Positions 1-8,485 of a stretch of 44,412 nt of DNA are shown here, one piece after another (the stretch's first letter is position 1; each line of letters starts with the position of its first letter). The notes beneath the pieces were generated by a model. That model had not been told where the DNA came from. It saw only the letters and a program-made list of their open reading frames with translations, and ran no database searches. The DNA is from a virus (Duplodnaviria > Caudoviricetes). Where the stretch lies: positions 1 to 44,412 of the IMG/VR virus record IMGVR_UViG_3300037483_000321; one strand, 5' to 3'. The translations under genes and the position numbers were made by a program.

Positions 1-127
1 CTCCGCGATCAGCTCCGCGTGCTCACTCGCAGGCGGAGTGGTGTGAGGGCTAGGTGGTGGCACGCATCCAGGGTGGTACTTGAGCGCTCCGATCCATACG
101 GATTGACTGCCAAGGTTTGTGCCACAC
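1..127. repeat. 127-bp terminal direct repeat, left copy (circular assembly overlap)
   Basis: ctccgcgatcagctcc...tttgtgccacac is identical to 44286-44412. Confidence 0.97.
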
Positions 128-168
128 GACGCACAAGGCGTGTCCCCGGTTCCACTAATCGTCGGCAT
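1..168 (-). CDS. 5' part of an ~84-aa hypothetical protein spanning the circular junction (continues 44285 -> 44199)
   Basis: ATG at 168 directly follows the stop of 169..456. Reads MPTISGTGDTPCASCG...ELIAELRAAMGRY...KETR* across the junction; its TGA overlaps the ATG of 44005..44202. Confidence 0.7.
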   Translation of the reverse strand, partial: MPTISGTGDTPCASCGTNLGSQSVWIGALKYHPGCVPPPSPHTTPPASEHAELIAE

Positions 169-456
169 CTACTTCTCCTCTCTTGCTTCTGCGAGCTTCT
201 CAGTGAGGGCGGCGAGAAGTGCGTCACGAGACTCCAGCTGCTCCAACACCGTCGCACCTGGTAGTCCGTCGCGAACCGCGCACTCTGCCGTCCTCCAGGC
301 TTCCAGTAGCTTCCACGGCACCCCCGTAATAGCGTTGGCGGCTCGGAGCATTAGGTTGGATACAGAGTCGGCTACGGGCTGCTCAACAGCGATGTAGACA
401 GCAACAGACGCTTTGCGCAATTCTCCCACTAGCTCGGCGATAGCTTCGTCGCTCAT
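169..456 (-). CDS. hypothetical early protein
   Basis: Start MSDEAIAEL at 456 in an ATGA overlap with the upstream stop; helical, ends in coiled coil LTEKLAEAREEK. Confidence 0.65.
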   Translation of the reverse strand: MSDEAIAELVGELRKASVAVYIAVEQPVADSVSNLMLRAANAITGVPWKLLEAWRTAECAVRDGLPGATVLEQLESRDALLAALTEKLAEAREEK

Positions 457-746
457 CTCGTTTCTCCCTTCGCCTTCGCCATGTGCCTCGGAGTGCACGC
501 CGCTGAGCGGCAGTTCTTCTCAACCTCTGCGACGGCACCTAGATCACATCCGATGTCGTCCGCGGCTGCTGCGAGCTGCGCAGCGGTCAAGCCGCTGAGC
601 TCGACTGCGGCGTCTACGCGCCGCCCACGTTTATCTTTCGCCACAGCGAGGATCACGGCGCGGAAGTGCTGATTGTCGCACCACACGAAGCTGCTCAGAT
701 TGACACCCGGGCGTTCGAGCAGCTCAGCAAACGGACGTTCCATCAC
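453..746 (-). CDS. hypothetical early protein
   Basis: 97 aa, coupled by 4-nt overlaps on both sides. Confidence 0.6.
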   Translation of the reverse strand: MMERPFAELLERPGVNLSSFVWCDNQHFRAVILAVAKDKRGRRVDAAVELSGLTAAQLAAAADDIGCDLGAVAEVEKNCRSAACTPRHMAKAKGETR

Positions 747-985
747 CTTGCTCCCTTCGCCTTCGCACGGGTGGGGACGCGGCGGTACTCGGAGACGCGG
801 TAGTGGTCTGCGGGATCAGCGAGTTTCGACGCCTTGGCGCACTCCCGAGCGCCAGCTGCCGTCCGGTAGAATTCGCCGTTGGTCGGCTCCCACTCGTTGG
901 CGTCGCGCATGTGATCCATCTGAAACTCCACGCACCAAACGCTCGGCTCGCTGGCCCGTTGCTTGCGGGGGCGCTTAGGCTTCAC
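743..985 (-). CDS. hypothetical early protein
   Basis: GTG start (MKPKRPRKQR) in a GTGA overlap with the DUF4326 stop. Confidence 0.6.
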   Translation of the reverse strand: MKPKRPRKQRASEPSVWCVEFQMDHMRDANEWEPTNGEFYRTAAGARECAKASKLADPADHYRVSEYRRVPTRAKAKGAR

Positions 986-1269
986 GAGTTGGCTACCTCC
1001 AGCAGCACGTCTGCGTGGCATGGCAGTGGCGCGCACCAGCACACGAGGTCGCGACCGCGCAGTGATGCGCGAACATGCGCCATCTCTTCCGCGTCCGATA
1101 ACAGCTTCTCGCGAAACTTCGCGACAATCTCTTCACGCGTGCCGTGTGCCCCGATCTTGTACGGATTCCCCCAACGCGACGGTCTGCCGACGTACACCGC
1201 ATCGGGGTCGCGATCTGCTAGGCGATCGTGCGCCTTGTTGAGCACTCGCGGTTTGCGCTTCTGCTTCAC
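982..1269 (-). CDS. DUF4326 family protein
   Basis: Family motifs VYVGRPSRWGNPY and LRGRDLVCWCAPLPCHADVL; GTG start at 1269 in a GTGA overlap. Confidence 0.88.
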   Translation of the reverse strand: MKQKRKPRVLNKAHDRLADRDPDAVYVGRPSRWGNPYKIGAHGTREEIVAKFREKLLSDAEEMAHVRASLRGRDLVCWCAPLPCHADVLLEVANS

Positions 1270-2111
1270 GGCTTCTCTCCCTTCTCGGCGGCGCTCGGCG
1301 TGAGCGCGGAGAGCGCCTGAGCCGCGATGCTTCGCATGGTGCATTTCTCAAGGCGATGGAACACGGCCAGCACCTTCTCACCGTTGCGAACGACCGTTGT
1401 CGCGTCGCCGCAAAACTGCCTATCCCACCAGTCGAGTGCCGCCTTGTCTCCCTCCCTCTCCCGCTCCGCCTCCACCAGCTTCTCGCGCAGTTCGCGAACG
1501 GTCCATGCGAGCTGCGCGTTCTCTTGCTGCGCGAGCTTCGGATCGCTGCGAGTCAGGAGCCACGAGTCATAGGTGCCGGTGCCGTCCTTCGCCTCGGCGG
1601 CACGCGCGAAACAGATCGGACACCAGATCAGCTCGCGCCGGTCTACGCCGTCCAGCTCCAGCGCACGATTCCATTCCGGCGACTCCGCGAACCAGCAGAT
1701 GTTACGGCCGCCGCATTCTTGGCAGCGGTGCTCTGGGTGATTGTCGGTGCCTGAGAGCTTCGCCAGCTTCTCGCGCAGGCTCGCGGCTTCCTCTCGCATC
1801 TCGGCTTCGAGCATCTTCGCTTCGGAGAGCGCAGCCTGATCTGCTGCGGTGGCGTCTGCAATGTCCCAATACGGCGGCAGCGATCCACCGTGAAGCGCGA
1901 CTACGCGATCCTCAATCGCGCTGAGCCTCGCGGCTTCCTTGGCGGCGGCGAGGAGGGACGGGGCGGAGTTGGCGAGCCTCGCTAGGCACTCGCGCACGTC
2001 GGTCTCAAACCCGTCGAAATCGCGAGCCAGCCACGGCTGACGCCAATAATCACGACAGATTACCATTAGCCGCTCCAGCTCCGCGAGGGCCTCTGCTGTG
2101 AGGGCGGTCAA
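1266..2111 (-). CDS. modular coiled-coil protein with internal Zn-binding domain (Ead/Ea22-like architecture)
   Basis: TTG start in a TTGA overlap; coiled-coil segments (LREKLAKL, LREKLVEAE) flank CQECGG...CPIC. Confidence 0.65.
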   Translation of the reverse strand: MTALTAEALAELERLMVICRDYWRQPWLARDFDGFETDVRECLARLANSAPSLLAAAKEAARLSAIEDRVVALHGGSLPPYWDIADATAADQAALSEAKMLEAEMREEAASLREKLAKLSGTDNHPEHRCQECGGRNICWFAESPEWNRALELDGVDRRELIWCPICFARAAEAKDGTGTYDSWLLTRSDPKLAQQENAQLAWTVRELREKLVEAEREREGDKAALDWWDRQFCGDATTVVRNGEKVLAVFHRLEKCTMRSIAAQALSALTPSAAEKGEKP

Positions 2112-2740
2112 AGCATCGACTCCTGCGCGCGCCGATAGACGGTGAACGCTCTGATCCTGTAACCGACGCCGGTTGTGACGCCGTAACATCTCTCCATCTC
2201 GCAGCCGGCCGGCGACGCGGCGACGAAGAAGTGAAGCAGTCCGATGCGCCCACCCGGTCGCACAACACGCGAGGCCTCGCGCAGCAGCGCCGACGGCCTC
2301 GGGTACTCAGTGCCGTAGAGGTCGCGCGCGTACTCGACCGTGTAGGGCGGATCAATCGCGACGGCAGCGAACGTGCCCTCGGCGAACGGGAGCGCGCGGC
2401 CGTCAGCCACGACGTCGGGATGCGCCTCGGGGCGAATGTCCACGCGCACGCCGTGGCCGGCGCCGAGTGCGCCCGAGCAGACGTGCAGGATCTGATCGGG
2501 CTGCGCGCGCAGCACCTTCGCGATCCATCGCGTGAAACCCTTCGGGTACTGGCCGAACACGTTGCCGCCGTCGATCGCCTCGGAGTGGCCCCACAGCGCC
2601 GGCTGGCGCGCGCCCGTGCTCGGAGCGCGGCGATCCCACTCGCGCACTCGGTCGCGTTCGCGAGCTGATTGGTGTCGGGGCAGCCCCGACACCGCCTTGT
2701 CGGCGCCGACGCTCACGAGCTCGCGATCGTCCGCGCTCAC
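2108..2740 (-). CDS. SAM-dependent DNA amino-methyltransferase (N6-adenine/N4-cytosine)
   Basis: HVCSG (motif I variant), VDIRP, ADGRALPF, catalytic DPPY, then RVVRPGG; likely GTG start at 2740 (MSADDREL). Confidence 0.82.
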   Translation of the reverse strand: MSADDRELVSVGADKAVSGLPRHQSARERDRVREWDRRAPSTGARQPALWGHSEAIDGGNVFGQYPKGFTRWIAKVLRAQPDQILHVCSGALGAGHGVRVDIRPEAHPDVVADGRALPFAEGTFAAVAIDPPYTVEYARDLYGTEYPRPSALLREASRVVRPGGRIGLLHFFVAASPAGCEMERCYGVTTGVGYRIRAFTVYRRAQESML

Positions 2741-2895
2741 GGCTGCGCAGCTCCGCACTCGCCGCACACTGCGGGCGGCGCGATGCCGGCCGGCTCCAAA
2801 CCCTGCTCGCGCAGCCATGCGAGATGCGCACGCCAGCGACCGAGCCGAGCGCACTCGCGGCAGCCGTCGAGCATCAGCTCGAGCTGCGCGGTCAC
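2737..2895 (-). CDS. small Cys-rich hypothetical protein (52 aa)
   Basis: Read by hand: MTAQLELMLDGCRECARLG...CGECGAAQP; GTGA overlaps on both sides. Confidence 0.55.
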   Translation of the reverse strand: MTAQLELMLDGCRECARLGRWRAHLAWLREQGLEPAGIAPPAVCGECGAAQP

Positions 2896-3014
2896 GCCGA
2901 CTCTCCGGCCAGCGCCCGCAGCCGCTCAATCTCTCTCGCCGCGGCGCACAGCGCGCACTCGCACGCTGGCTTGTGCGTCTTGGTGAGCTGGCGGAGTCTG
3001 TCCAGGATGCTCAC
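2892..3014 (-). CDS. small hypothetical protein (40 aa)
   Basis: MSILDRLRQLTKTHKPACECALC...; GTGA overlaps on both sides. Confidence 0.55.
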   Translation of the reverse strand: MSILDRLRQLTKTHKPACECALCAAAREIERLRALAGESA

Positions 3015-3262
3015 CGCTTCCGTCCACCCGAGAACTCGCTCGCCTTCGGACAAGCCTCGAAGTGCGAAATCCAGTACGACGTCGGCGGCTCGCCGGCCGC
3101 CTCTGCCGCAAGCGCGAGCGCCTCGGTTGCGTCGATCACTTCGCCGTTCGGGTCGATCGCGTAGACCTTGCGCACGCGCTGGAGCGGCAGGGTCTTGCCT
3201 TTCGGCCCGACTCGGAACTCGAGCGGGATTCCGCACGCGCGGCAGGGGCGGGCGTCGGTCAT
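3011..3262 (-). CDS. small Zn-binding hypothetical protein
   Basis: CRACG at the N-terminus and SHFEACP at the C-terminus. Confidence 0.7.
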   Translation of the reverse strand: MTDARPCRACGIPLEFRVGPKGKTLPLQRVRKVYAIDPNGEVIDATEALALAAEAAGEPPTSYWISHFEACPKASEFSGGRKR

Positions 3263-3450
3263 GTGCCCTGCACCGCTTCAAGGATGCGCGCGAACTGCCC
3301 TTCCGTCTCCTCGGCAATCGCGACGATGTGCGCCGCGTGCACGAGCGCCTCCTCGCGCGTCATCACCGCTCGCGGCACGAGCACGACGACGTTCGGGCCG
3401 GCTCTGCCGACGGCCTGGCGGTTGAAGGTGTCGATCTCCGGCATGGTCAC
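3259..3450 (-). CDS. hypothetical protein
   Basis: 63 aa, GGGAG Shine-Dalgarno upstream, overlap with next gene. Confidence 0.65.
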   Translation of the reverse strand: MTMPEIDTFNRQAVGRAGPNVVVLVPRAVMTREEALVHAAHIVAIAEETEGQFARILEAVQGT

Positions 3451-3485
3451 TCCCTAATATGCGACCCGCTGTGGCCGCTCTCGTG

Positions 3486-3890
3486 TTAGAACGGGATCTC
3501 GTCATCCCCGGGCGGCGGTACGTCGTCATACGAGGACGGCCCGGCTTCCTTCTTGGCGTTGCGCAGCAGCGAGGTCCCACGCGCGAGCGTCTCTCCGTCG
3601 GCGCTCGTGTCCATGTCGATGCGCGCCTGCGTCTTGCCGCGGAACACCTCGAATTTGAGCGGCACGACGCGGCCAGCGAGTAGGCGCGGGTTCGCGTCCA
3701 GCTCTTCGAGGTCGCGAGCGTCCACGTCGAATCCGGCGATCTTGAGCTGCCGCCTCGCCATGTTCGCGGCCTTCTCGGTCACGAAGATCAGCACCTCGTG
3801 AGGCTCGCCGTTCTCGGCTTCGACCTGGAGCGCCACGGCCATGCTGTCGCCGAGCATGCGCGTGCGGTTGGAAATAATCTTGGCCTTCAT
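3486..3890 (-). CDS. single-stranded DNA-binding protein (putative)
   Basis: Acidic SSB-type tail PPPGDDEIPF; directly downstream of recT. Confidence 0.7.
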   Translation of the reverse strand: MKAKIISNRTRMLGDSMAVALQVEAENGEPHEVLIFVTEKAANMARRQLKIAGFDVDARDLEELDANPRLLAGRVVPLKFEVFRGKTQARIDMDTSADGETLARGTSLLRNAKKEAGPSSYDDVPPPGDDEIPF

Positions 3891-3893
3891 GTG

Positions 3894-4661
3894 TTAGGCC
3901 GCCTCGGTCGGGGTGGGCTCTTCGATCGCCTCGGCCGGAATCGAGAACTCGATGCCCTGCGGAAGCCCCGAGTCTGCCGACTCGTCCAGCTGCATCGCCG
4001 TGTTCATCTCTGCGGAGCACGGCGCGATCTTGAAGAGGCGGCGGAGAACCGTCTTCTTCGCCATCTCGGCGTAGTCCGTCTTCCACGGCGAGCTGCCCTT
4101 TTGGTCAGACGCCGAGCGCGTGCGGATCTTCTCGACCTCACCGCGCGTCATCACGTCCCAGAGTCGTCCGCCGTTCGTCGTGTGAATCACGGCGTAGACG
4201 TGCGTGAGCTTCGCCGGGTCCGTCTCGCCCGCGGGCTTGTGCGTGAACGTGTCGCTGCCGAAGTCGTACGCGAACGTGTCGCCGTCGAACACCGCGCGCC
4301 CGGCGATGCTGCTGATCTGCCCCGAGCGATACGCCAGCTGCGCGAGTCCGCGATACCCCGGGATGAACGTCGCGTCCTTGCCGTAGGGCACGATCCAGCA
4401 CTGTCCGAGAATGCCGGGCTCGAGCCCGAGCTGCGCGGCCTGCATAATCGCGCCAAAGAGACTCTCGCGCGTGCATTCGAGCAGCTTCGGCGTGCGCCTG
4501 ATCTCGGTCAGGGTGATGCGCGCGAGCCGCTCTGGGGTCACGTGCCGTGGGAGCGCGAGCTTCAGCTGTGCCATCATCGCCTTGCCCGTCAGCAGCTCGC
4601 TCACGTTCTTGAGAGCGATCTCCTTCGGCTGAAGCGTTCCGGTCGTGGGTGCCATCGCCAT
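3894..4661 (-). CDS. recT: RecT-family ssDNA annealing recombinase
   Basis: LPRHVTPERLARI, AAQLGLEP, GYRGL, PWKTDYAEMAKKTVLRRLFK are RecT signature motifs. Confidence 0.95.
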   Translation of the reverse strand: MAMAPTTGTLQPKEIALKNVSELLTGKAMMAQLKLALPRHVTPERLARITLTEIRRTPKLLECTRESLFGAIMQAAQLGLEPGILGQCWIVPYGKDATFIPGYRGLAQLAYRSGQISSIAGRAVFDGDTFAYDFGSDTFTHKPAGETDPAKLTHVYAVIHTTNGGRLWDVMTRGEVEKIRTRSASDQKGSSPWKTDYAEMAKKTVLRRLFKIAPCSAEMNTAMQLDESADSGLPQGIEFSIPAEAIEEPTPTEAA

Positions 4662-4663
4662 AA

Positions 4664-5560
4664 CTACTCTCCCTTCCGCCGGAGAACACGGAAGCTGCTC
4701 GCCGCTGTGACGAACTCCTTCCGCTTCTGGAGGCGGTGCGTGTAAGAAGCGCCGTTCGCGAGCACGCCCGTTGAGGCGTCACCGATCGCGAGCTTGATTG
4801 CGGCGTCGATCTCGGCGAGCCGCGTCTTCACGATCTTCTCTTCGCCCTTGAGCGCGACGCGCTCTTGGTCGAGCGGTACCAGCTCGCCTGGAAGCTCGAC
4901 CGTTGCGCCGGAGTCCTCGGGGTAGAGCGCCGCGAGCGCGCGCCGCGTCGCTTCGCTCGCGTCGGGCGCGGGCGGCTCGCCGGCTTCGACGCGTCGCCAG
5001 AACTCGGTGAGCTCTGGCAGTAAGAGCCCGTCGATGAACGAGTCGTCGCGCTCGACGTCGGCCCACCGGAACTTGTAGCCGTGGAGGAGTACGAGCACGC
5101 TCGCGTAGCTGAGGCCCGTCGCTGCGAGCGAGTGCTGAACCTGCGCCTGCACGTGCGCCGGCACGCCCTCGTCCCAATCGCTCGCGCGGTAGACGGTGAG
5201 CTTGCACTCAACCAGGCCAAGAGCGCCGCCGCGGTTCGGGTCCTTCTGGAGCCCGTCGGGCGTTGCGAGCAGCCACGGGCGCTCGACATTGCGCACGAGC
5301 TTGCCGAACAGGTCACACGCGCGGCCGGTCTCCTCGGCGAAGCGCGCCATCATCGGCGCCTCGACGAAGCGGCCCCACGCCATCAGCTCGCTCTCGAAGT
5401 CCTCGGACACGACTGCCCCGAGCTTGCTCGCGTAGACGGAGAGCGGCGAGCCAAAGCTCGAGAGACCGAGGATTGCCGGTGCGTCACTGCCGCCGATGCC
5501 GGCGCGGCGCGCCTCCAGCCACGCGGGCCGGTCTGAGCTATTGCAGAGAACTTCGTACAT
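4664..5560 (-). CDS. YqaJ-like viral recombinase exonuclease
   Basis: WLEARRAGIGGSDA, ATPDG, ECK, QVQH motifs; adjacent to recT. Confidence 0.93.
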   Translation of the reverse strand: MYEVLCNSSDRPAWLEARRAGIGGSDAPAILGLSSFGSPLSVYASKLGAVVSEDFESELMAWGRFVEAPMMARFAEETGRACDLFGKLVRNVERPWLLATPDGLQKDPNRGGALGLVECKLTVYRASDWDEGVPAHVQAQVQHSLAATGLSYASVLVLLHGYKFRWADVERDDSFIDGLLLPELTEFWRRVEAGEPPAPDASEATRRALAALYPEDSGATVELPGELVPLDQERVALKGEEKIVKTRLAEIDAAIKLAIGDASTGVLANGASYTHRLQKRKEFVTAASSFRVLRRKGE

Positions 5561-5626
5561 CTCGCCTCCCTAATTCCCCACCCGCGCCGCCAACCCCGAG
5601 CCGACGGCGCGGGCCCTGTCTCACCC

Positions 5627-5821
5627 CTACCCCGAGGAATGGACAGGTGCGCTCGCCGGTCCATCCGGCTCGCGCTCGAAGTGAATGCGCATCACGTACG
5701 CGACACCGAATCGCTGCATGCGCGCGCGCCATCGCGCCTCGCGCCGTTCGAGCACGCGCAGCATGGTGATGACCGCGTGCGACGGGATCAGCGCGGCGTC
5801 GGGTGCGGCGCGGTAGATCAT
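5627..5821 (-). CDS. hypothetical protein
   Basis: MIYRAAPDAAL start in an ATGA overlap with the upstream gene. Confidence 0.5.
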   Translation of the reverse strand: MIYRAAPDAALIPSHAVITMLRVLERREARWRARMQRFGVAYVMRIHFEREPDGPASAPVHSSG

Positions 5822-6273
5822 CGGCGCTTCTCGTGTAGGCGCAGCTTCTCGACCACTTCGTCGAGCGTCAGGCAGAGGTGGTGCGCGAGCCGGAACATCA
5901 GCTCCGGCTCGAAGCGCGGGCCGGCCCGTAGCAGCACGATGCCGACTTTGCCAGCGCCTAACATCCACCCGAGTTCGAGCGCTGCCGAAACGCCGCACGG
6001 CTGCACCATCACGCACGCGTCCGAAGTCGCCATCGCCGCGAAGTCGCGGCCGAGACCGTGAAGCGCGATCGGGTCATCGACGGCGACGCGGTATTCCTCC
6101 GGCGTCCAGTTCTTCCACTCGGGATCGATTTCGCTCCACTGAAAGCCGCCGGGAGTGCTGCCGCCAGGATCGGGCGCGCGGAAGTCATAGACCTCGTGCC
6201 GCTCGCTGCGCAGGCGCGCGACGACCGCGGGTTGGCCTTCGTTTCGCCAGCTCGAAGCGACGTATATTTTCAC
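5818..6273 (-). CDS. nucleoside 2-deoxyribosyltransferase-like (flavodoxin-fold) protein
   Basis: MKIYVASSWRN start; SDACVMVQPCGVSAALELGW with the Glu typical of NDT/DNPH1-like N-glycosidases. Confidence 0.7.
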   Translation of the reverse strand: MKIYVASSWRNEGQPAVVARLRSERHEVYDFRAPDPGGSTPGGFQWSEIDPEWKNWTPEEYRVAVDDPIALHGLGRDFAAMATSDACVMVQPCGVSAALELGWMLGAGKVGIVLLRAGPRFEPELMFRLAHHLCLTLDEVVEKLRLHEKRR

Positions 6274-6464
6274 GGCAGCACCCGCAGCATCACGAGCGCG
6301 AGGCCCTCGGTCGCGTAGAGAGCGGAGAGGAACACAGACGCGCCGATGATTGCCGCGAGCACGTCCAGCGGCCAGAGCGCCCGGCGCAGCTCGCGCGCCG
6401 CGTCGCACGTCACCGTGTTCACGTGCTCCCAGCCGCATCCGTGGCAGCTGATTAGGCGGCTCAT
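6270..6464 (-). CDS. small membrane protein with N-terminal CxxC
   Basis: MSRLISCHGCGW...; hydrophobic C-terminal half. Confidence 0.55.
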   Translation of the reverse strand: MSRLISCHGCGWEHVNTVTCDAARELRRALWPLDVLAAIIGASVFLSALYATEGLALVMLRVLP

Positions 6465-6583
6465 TTCGACACCAGCCAAGTCACGACGCTGTAGATCGCC
6501 CAGACCAGGAAGCCGACCCATGCGAGCCCGAACATCACCGGCAAGGCGACGAGCAACAGGCTCAAGTCGAGATTGCGTTTCAT
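6461..6583 (-). CDS. small single-pass membrane protein (40 aa)
   Basis: Read by hand: MKRNLDLSLLLVALPVMFGLAWVGFLVWAIYSVVTWLVSK; GAGGGGAG upstream; ATGA overlap downstream. Confidence 0.6.
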   Translation of the reverse strand: MKRNLDLSLLLVALPVMFGLAWVGFLVWAIYSVVTWLVSK

Positions 6584-6614
6584 CACTCCCCTCTCGTACG
6601 ATTATGGCGGCTCA

Positions 6615-6797
6615 TCACAGCGCCCCGGCGCAGAAGCGCATCGCCGCGGCTTTCACCGCTTCCAGCTGCTCGACACTGCACACCGAACAAATGGGCGTTG
6701 AGCCCGGCGCAGCGACGGGGCAGATCGTCGCTACGGCTGCACCGCGCGCCAAACACCAGCCGCAGTCGGCCCAGTACGTGGTGTCAGTCGCGGGCAT
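6615..6797 (-). CDS. small Zn-finger-like protein
   Basis: MPATDTTYWADCGWC...CSVC; GGAGG upstream. Confidence 0.5.
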   Translation of the reverse strand: MPATDTTYWADCGWCLARGAAVATICPVAAPGSTPICSVCSVEQLEAVKAAAMRFCAGAL

Positions 6798-7083
6798 GTG
6801 GCCTCCGTGATTCGTGACGCATTGCTGCTTCTGCATCCTGCTCGCGGTGCAGTTCGTCGCGGCACTTACAGAAGATGCGGTACGCGGCTTCGTCTAATGC
6901 GATGACCGCGATACCTGCCGCAGCCTTGGCGTTCTTATCGTGAATCCGATGCATCGCAGCGTGCGTCTGCTTCACGCCGTCAACGCAGATCGCCCACGCG
7001 CCTGCGCACCGTGAACACAGTTTCTTCACGGGCTCGCCGTCGGCGATGTGCTGGAGCGTCTCGGGGTCGAGTGCGGCGGTCAT
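6784..7083 (-). CDS. hypothetical protein with CxxC motifs
   Basis: MTAALDPETL start with GGAGG upstream; CSRC and CKC. Confidence 0.55.
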   Translation of the reverse strand: MTAALDPETLQHIADGEPVKKLCSRCAGAWAICVDGVKQTHAAMHRIHDKNAKAAAGIAVIALDEAAYRIFCKCRDELHREQDAEAAMRHESRRPHARD

Positions 7084-7391
7084 GCCGTCCTCCGATCGCC
7101 AAGTCCGAGCGCCGCGCACTCCCCGCACACCCACAGCACTCGCTCGCCGTCCTCCGACAGCTCGTCTGCCACCACCGCATCGGCTTCGAGGTACGTCGCC
7201 TCCCCGCAGTCGCGGCACGTCAGCTCGTACAGCTTGCCGCCGATGCAGCCGCGGTCGGGGCACTGATCGGTGACCTCGCCGCGGTCGCTCGAATAATCAT
7301 CGACGCGGCTCGTGATGCGGCCTCGGCCGGAGCAGACGGGGCATGTGGGGCGAGCGCCGGAGCGCTCGCGGGCGTGTGTTACGGCGCTCAC
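7080..7391 (-). CDS. Cys-rich Zn-finger protein (DnaJ-type CxxCxGxG repeat)
   Basis: CPVCSGRG, CPDRGCIGG, CRDCG, CGEC. Confidence 0.65.
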   Translation of the reverse strand: MSAVTHARERSGARPTCPVCSGRGRITSRVDDYSSDRGEVTDQCPDRGCIGGKLYELTCRDCGEATYLEADAVVADELSEDGERVLWVCGECAALGLGDRRTA

Positions 7392-7600
7392 GACTTCACC
7401 TCGACAAACAGCGCGAGTGTCGTCGCGTGCTCGACCGCCTCTTCCGCGAGCCGCTTGAGGCGCCGACTCGTGTACGGCTCATCGTTGAGGATCAGGCGTG
7501 CAATCCGCTGCATTGACTCGGCGGCGCGCATCAGCTCTTGCGCTTGGTCGACTCGGTCGGGTTCGCTCGGGCGCTTCGGGGCGGGAGAGGGACTCGGCAT
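7388..7600 (-). CDS. hypothetical protein, first gene after the leftward promoter
   Basis: AGGAG upstream of ATG 7600 (MPSPSPAPK). Confidence 0.6.
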   Translation of the reverse strand: MPSPSPAPKRPSEPDRVDQAQELMRAAESMQRIARLILNDEPYTSRRLKRLAEEAVEHATTLALFVEVKS

Positions 7601-7644
7601 TGGGTGGCTCCTGTTCATTGGGGCAGCATCGGTCTGCGGAATCA

Positions 7645-7673
7645 ATTGTGCACTAGTGCACAGCCTTTGTCAA
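7645..7673 (-). promoter_or_regulatory. sigma70-type leftward promoter overlapped by a palindromic operator
   Basis: Minus strand TTGACA-N17-CACAAT; perfect 16-bp palindrome TGTGCACTAGTGCACA at 7647-7662. Confidence 0.7.
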
Positions 7674-8485
7674 CTCTGATTCTCGGTGAACTTCCACCAG
7701 CTCGGCAGCTTCTTGCCGCCCTTGCCGCGGTTGATGATCTCCACCGACGCTGCGGCGATGCACTGCGCACGCGCAACGCCGGTTTGCTGCCGCAGCCGTT
7801 CGGCTCGCGCGCGAAGCGTATTCACGCCGCCCTTGAGCCCGAGCAGCGCCTGCACGGCTGCACCCGGCTTGAGCAGACCGTCGTAACGGCTCACAAGCTG
7901 CCCCACACCGTCGATCACGTCGGAGTCGAGCCCGGAATCTCCGAAGCTCTCGTAGACGATCGTGAGCGTCGTCGCGAGACAGGCGTGTCCGCGGTCGTAG
8001 ACGCGCCGAAGTGTTGCCACGCAAGAGAGAGAGCCCGGCGAATGATTCTTCCCTCTGTCGCTCAGCTTGATCTTCTTGAGACGCAGGATCGCTTCGATGT
8101 TCGTCTCGGCCTCGCGCTCCGCCGTCACCGCGATGCGGAACTTGTCGAAGGCGTTCACCGACTTCACGTCGTTCTGTCCGAGGAAGATTTCGGCTTCTTC
8201 CTTCTCGGTGAGGTTGTGATAGACGAGGCATTCGAGCTTCTGATCCTGCCAGTCTGGAAACGCGATCTTGAACGCTTCGACGCGATGCTGCCCGTCGAGC
8301 AGCCAGAACCACTCGCCGGAGCGGTTCACGACGGGGACTCCGAACTTATCGGCGTCGAAGTCGCCCGCGATCTTGCGCGCCCAGTCGGGCCGGATTTTGC
8401 GCTGCGTCACACCATCGCGCGAACGCATCTTCTCGATCGGAACCCACTGCATCTGAGACTTCCGTTTCATGTTCTCGTTCATCAC
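7670..8485 (-). CDS. ParB/Srx-like DGQHR-motif protein (DUF6551-like)
   Basis: QRKIRPDWARKIAGDF...PVVN...LLDGQHRVEA...EEAEIFLGQN. Confidence 0.75.
   Translation of the reverse strand: MMNENMKRKSQMQWVPIEKMRSRDGVTQRKIRPDWARKIAGDFDADKFGVPVVNRSGEWFWLLDGQHRVEAFKIAFPDWQDQKLECLVYHNLTEKEEAEIFLGQNDVKSVNAFDKFRIAVTAEREAETNIEAILRLKKIKLSDRGKNHSPGSLSCVATLRRVYDRGHACLATTLTIVYESFGDSGLDSDVIDGVGQLVSRYDGLLKPGAAVQALLGLKGGVNTLRARAERLRQQTGVARAQCIAAASVEIINRGKGGKKLPSWWKFTENQS

Noticed and set aside
2741-2929. Long N-terminal extension of the methyltransferase in the ORF track
   Set aside because: Better explained by small coupled genes (2737..2895, 2892..3014) and a GTG start at 2740
7670-8485. DndB / phosphorothioation system suggested by DGQHR
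   Set aside because: No dndA/C/D/E-like genes are present; the motif also occurs in stand-alone phage ParB-like proteins
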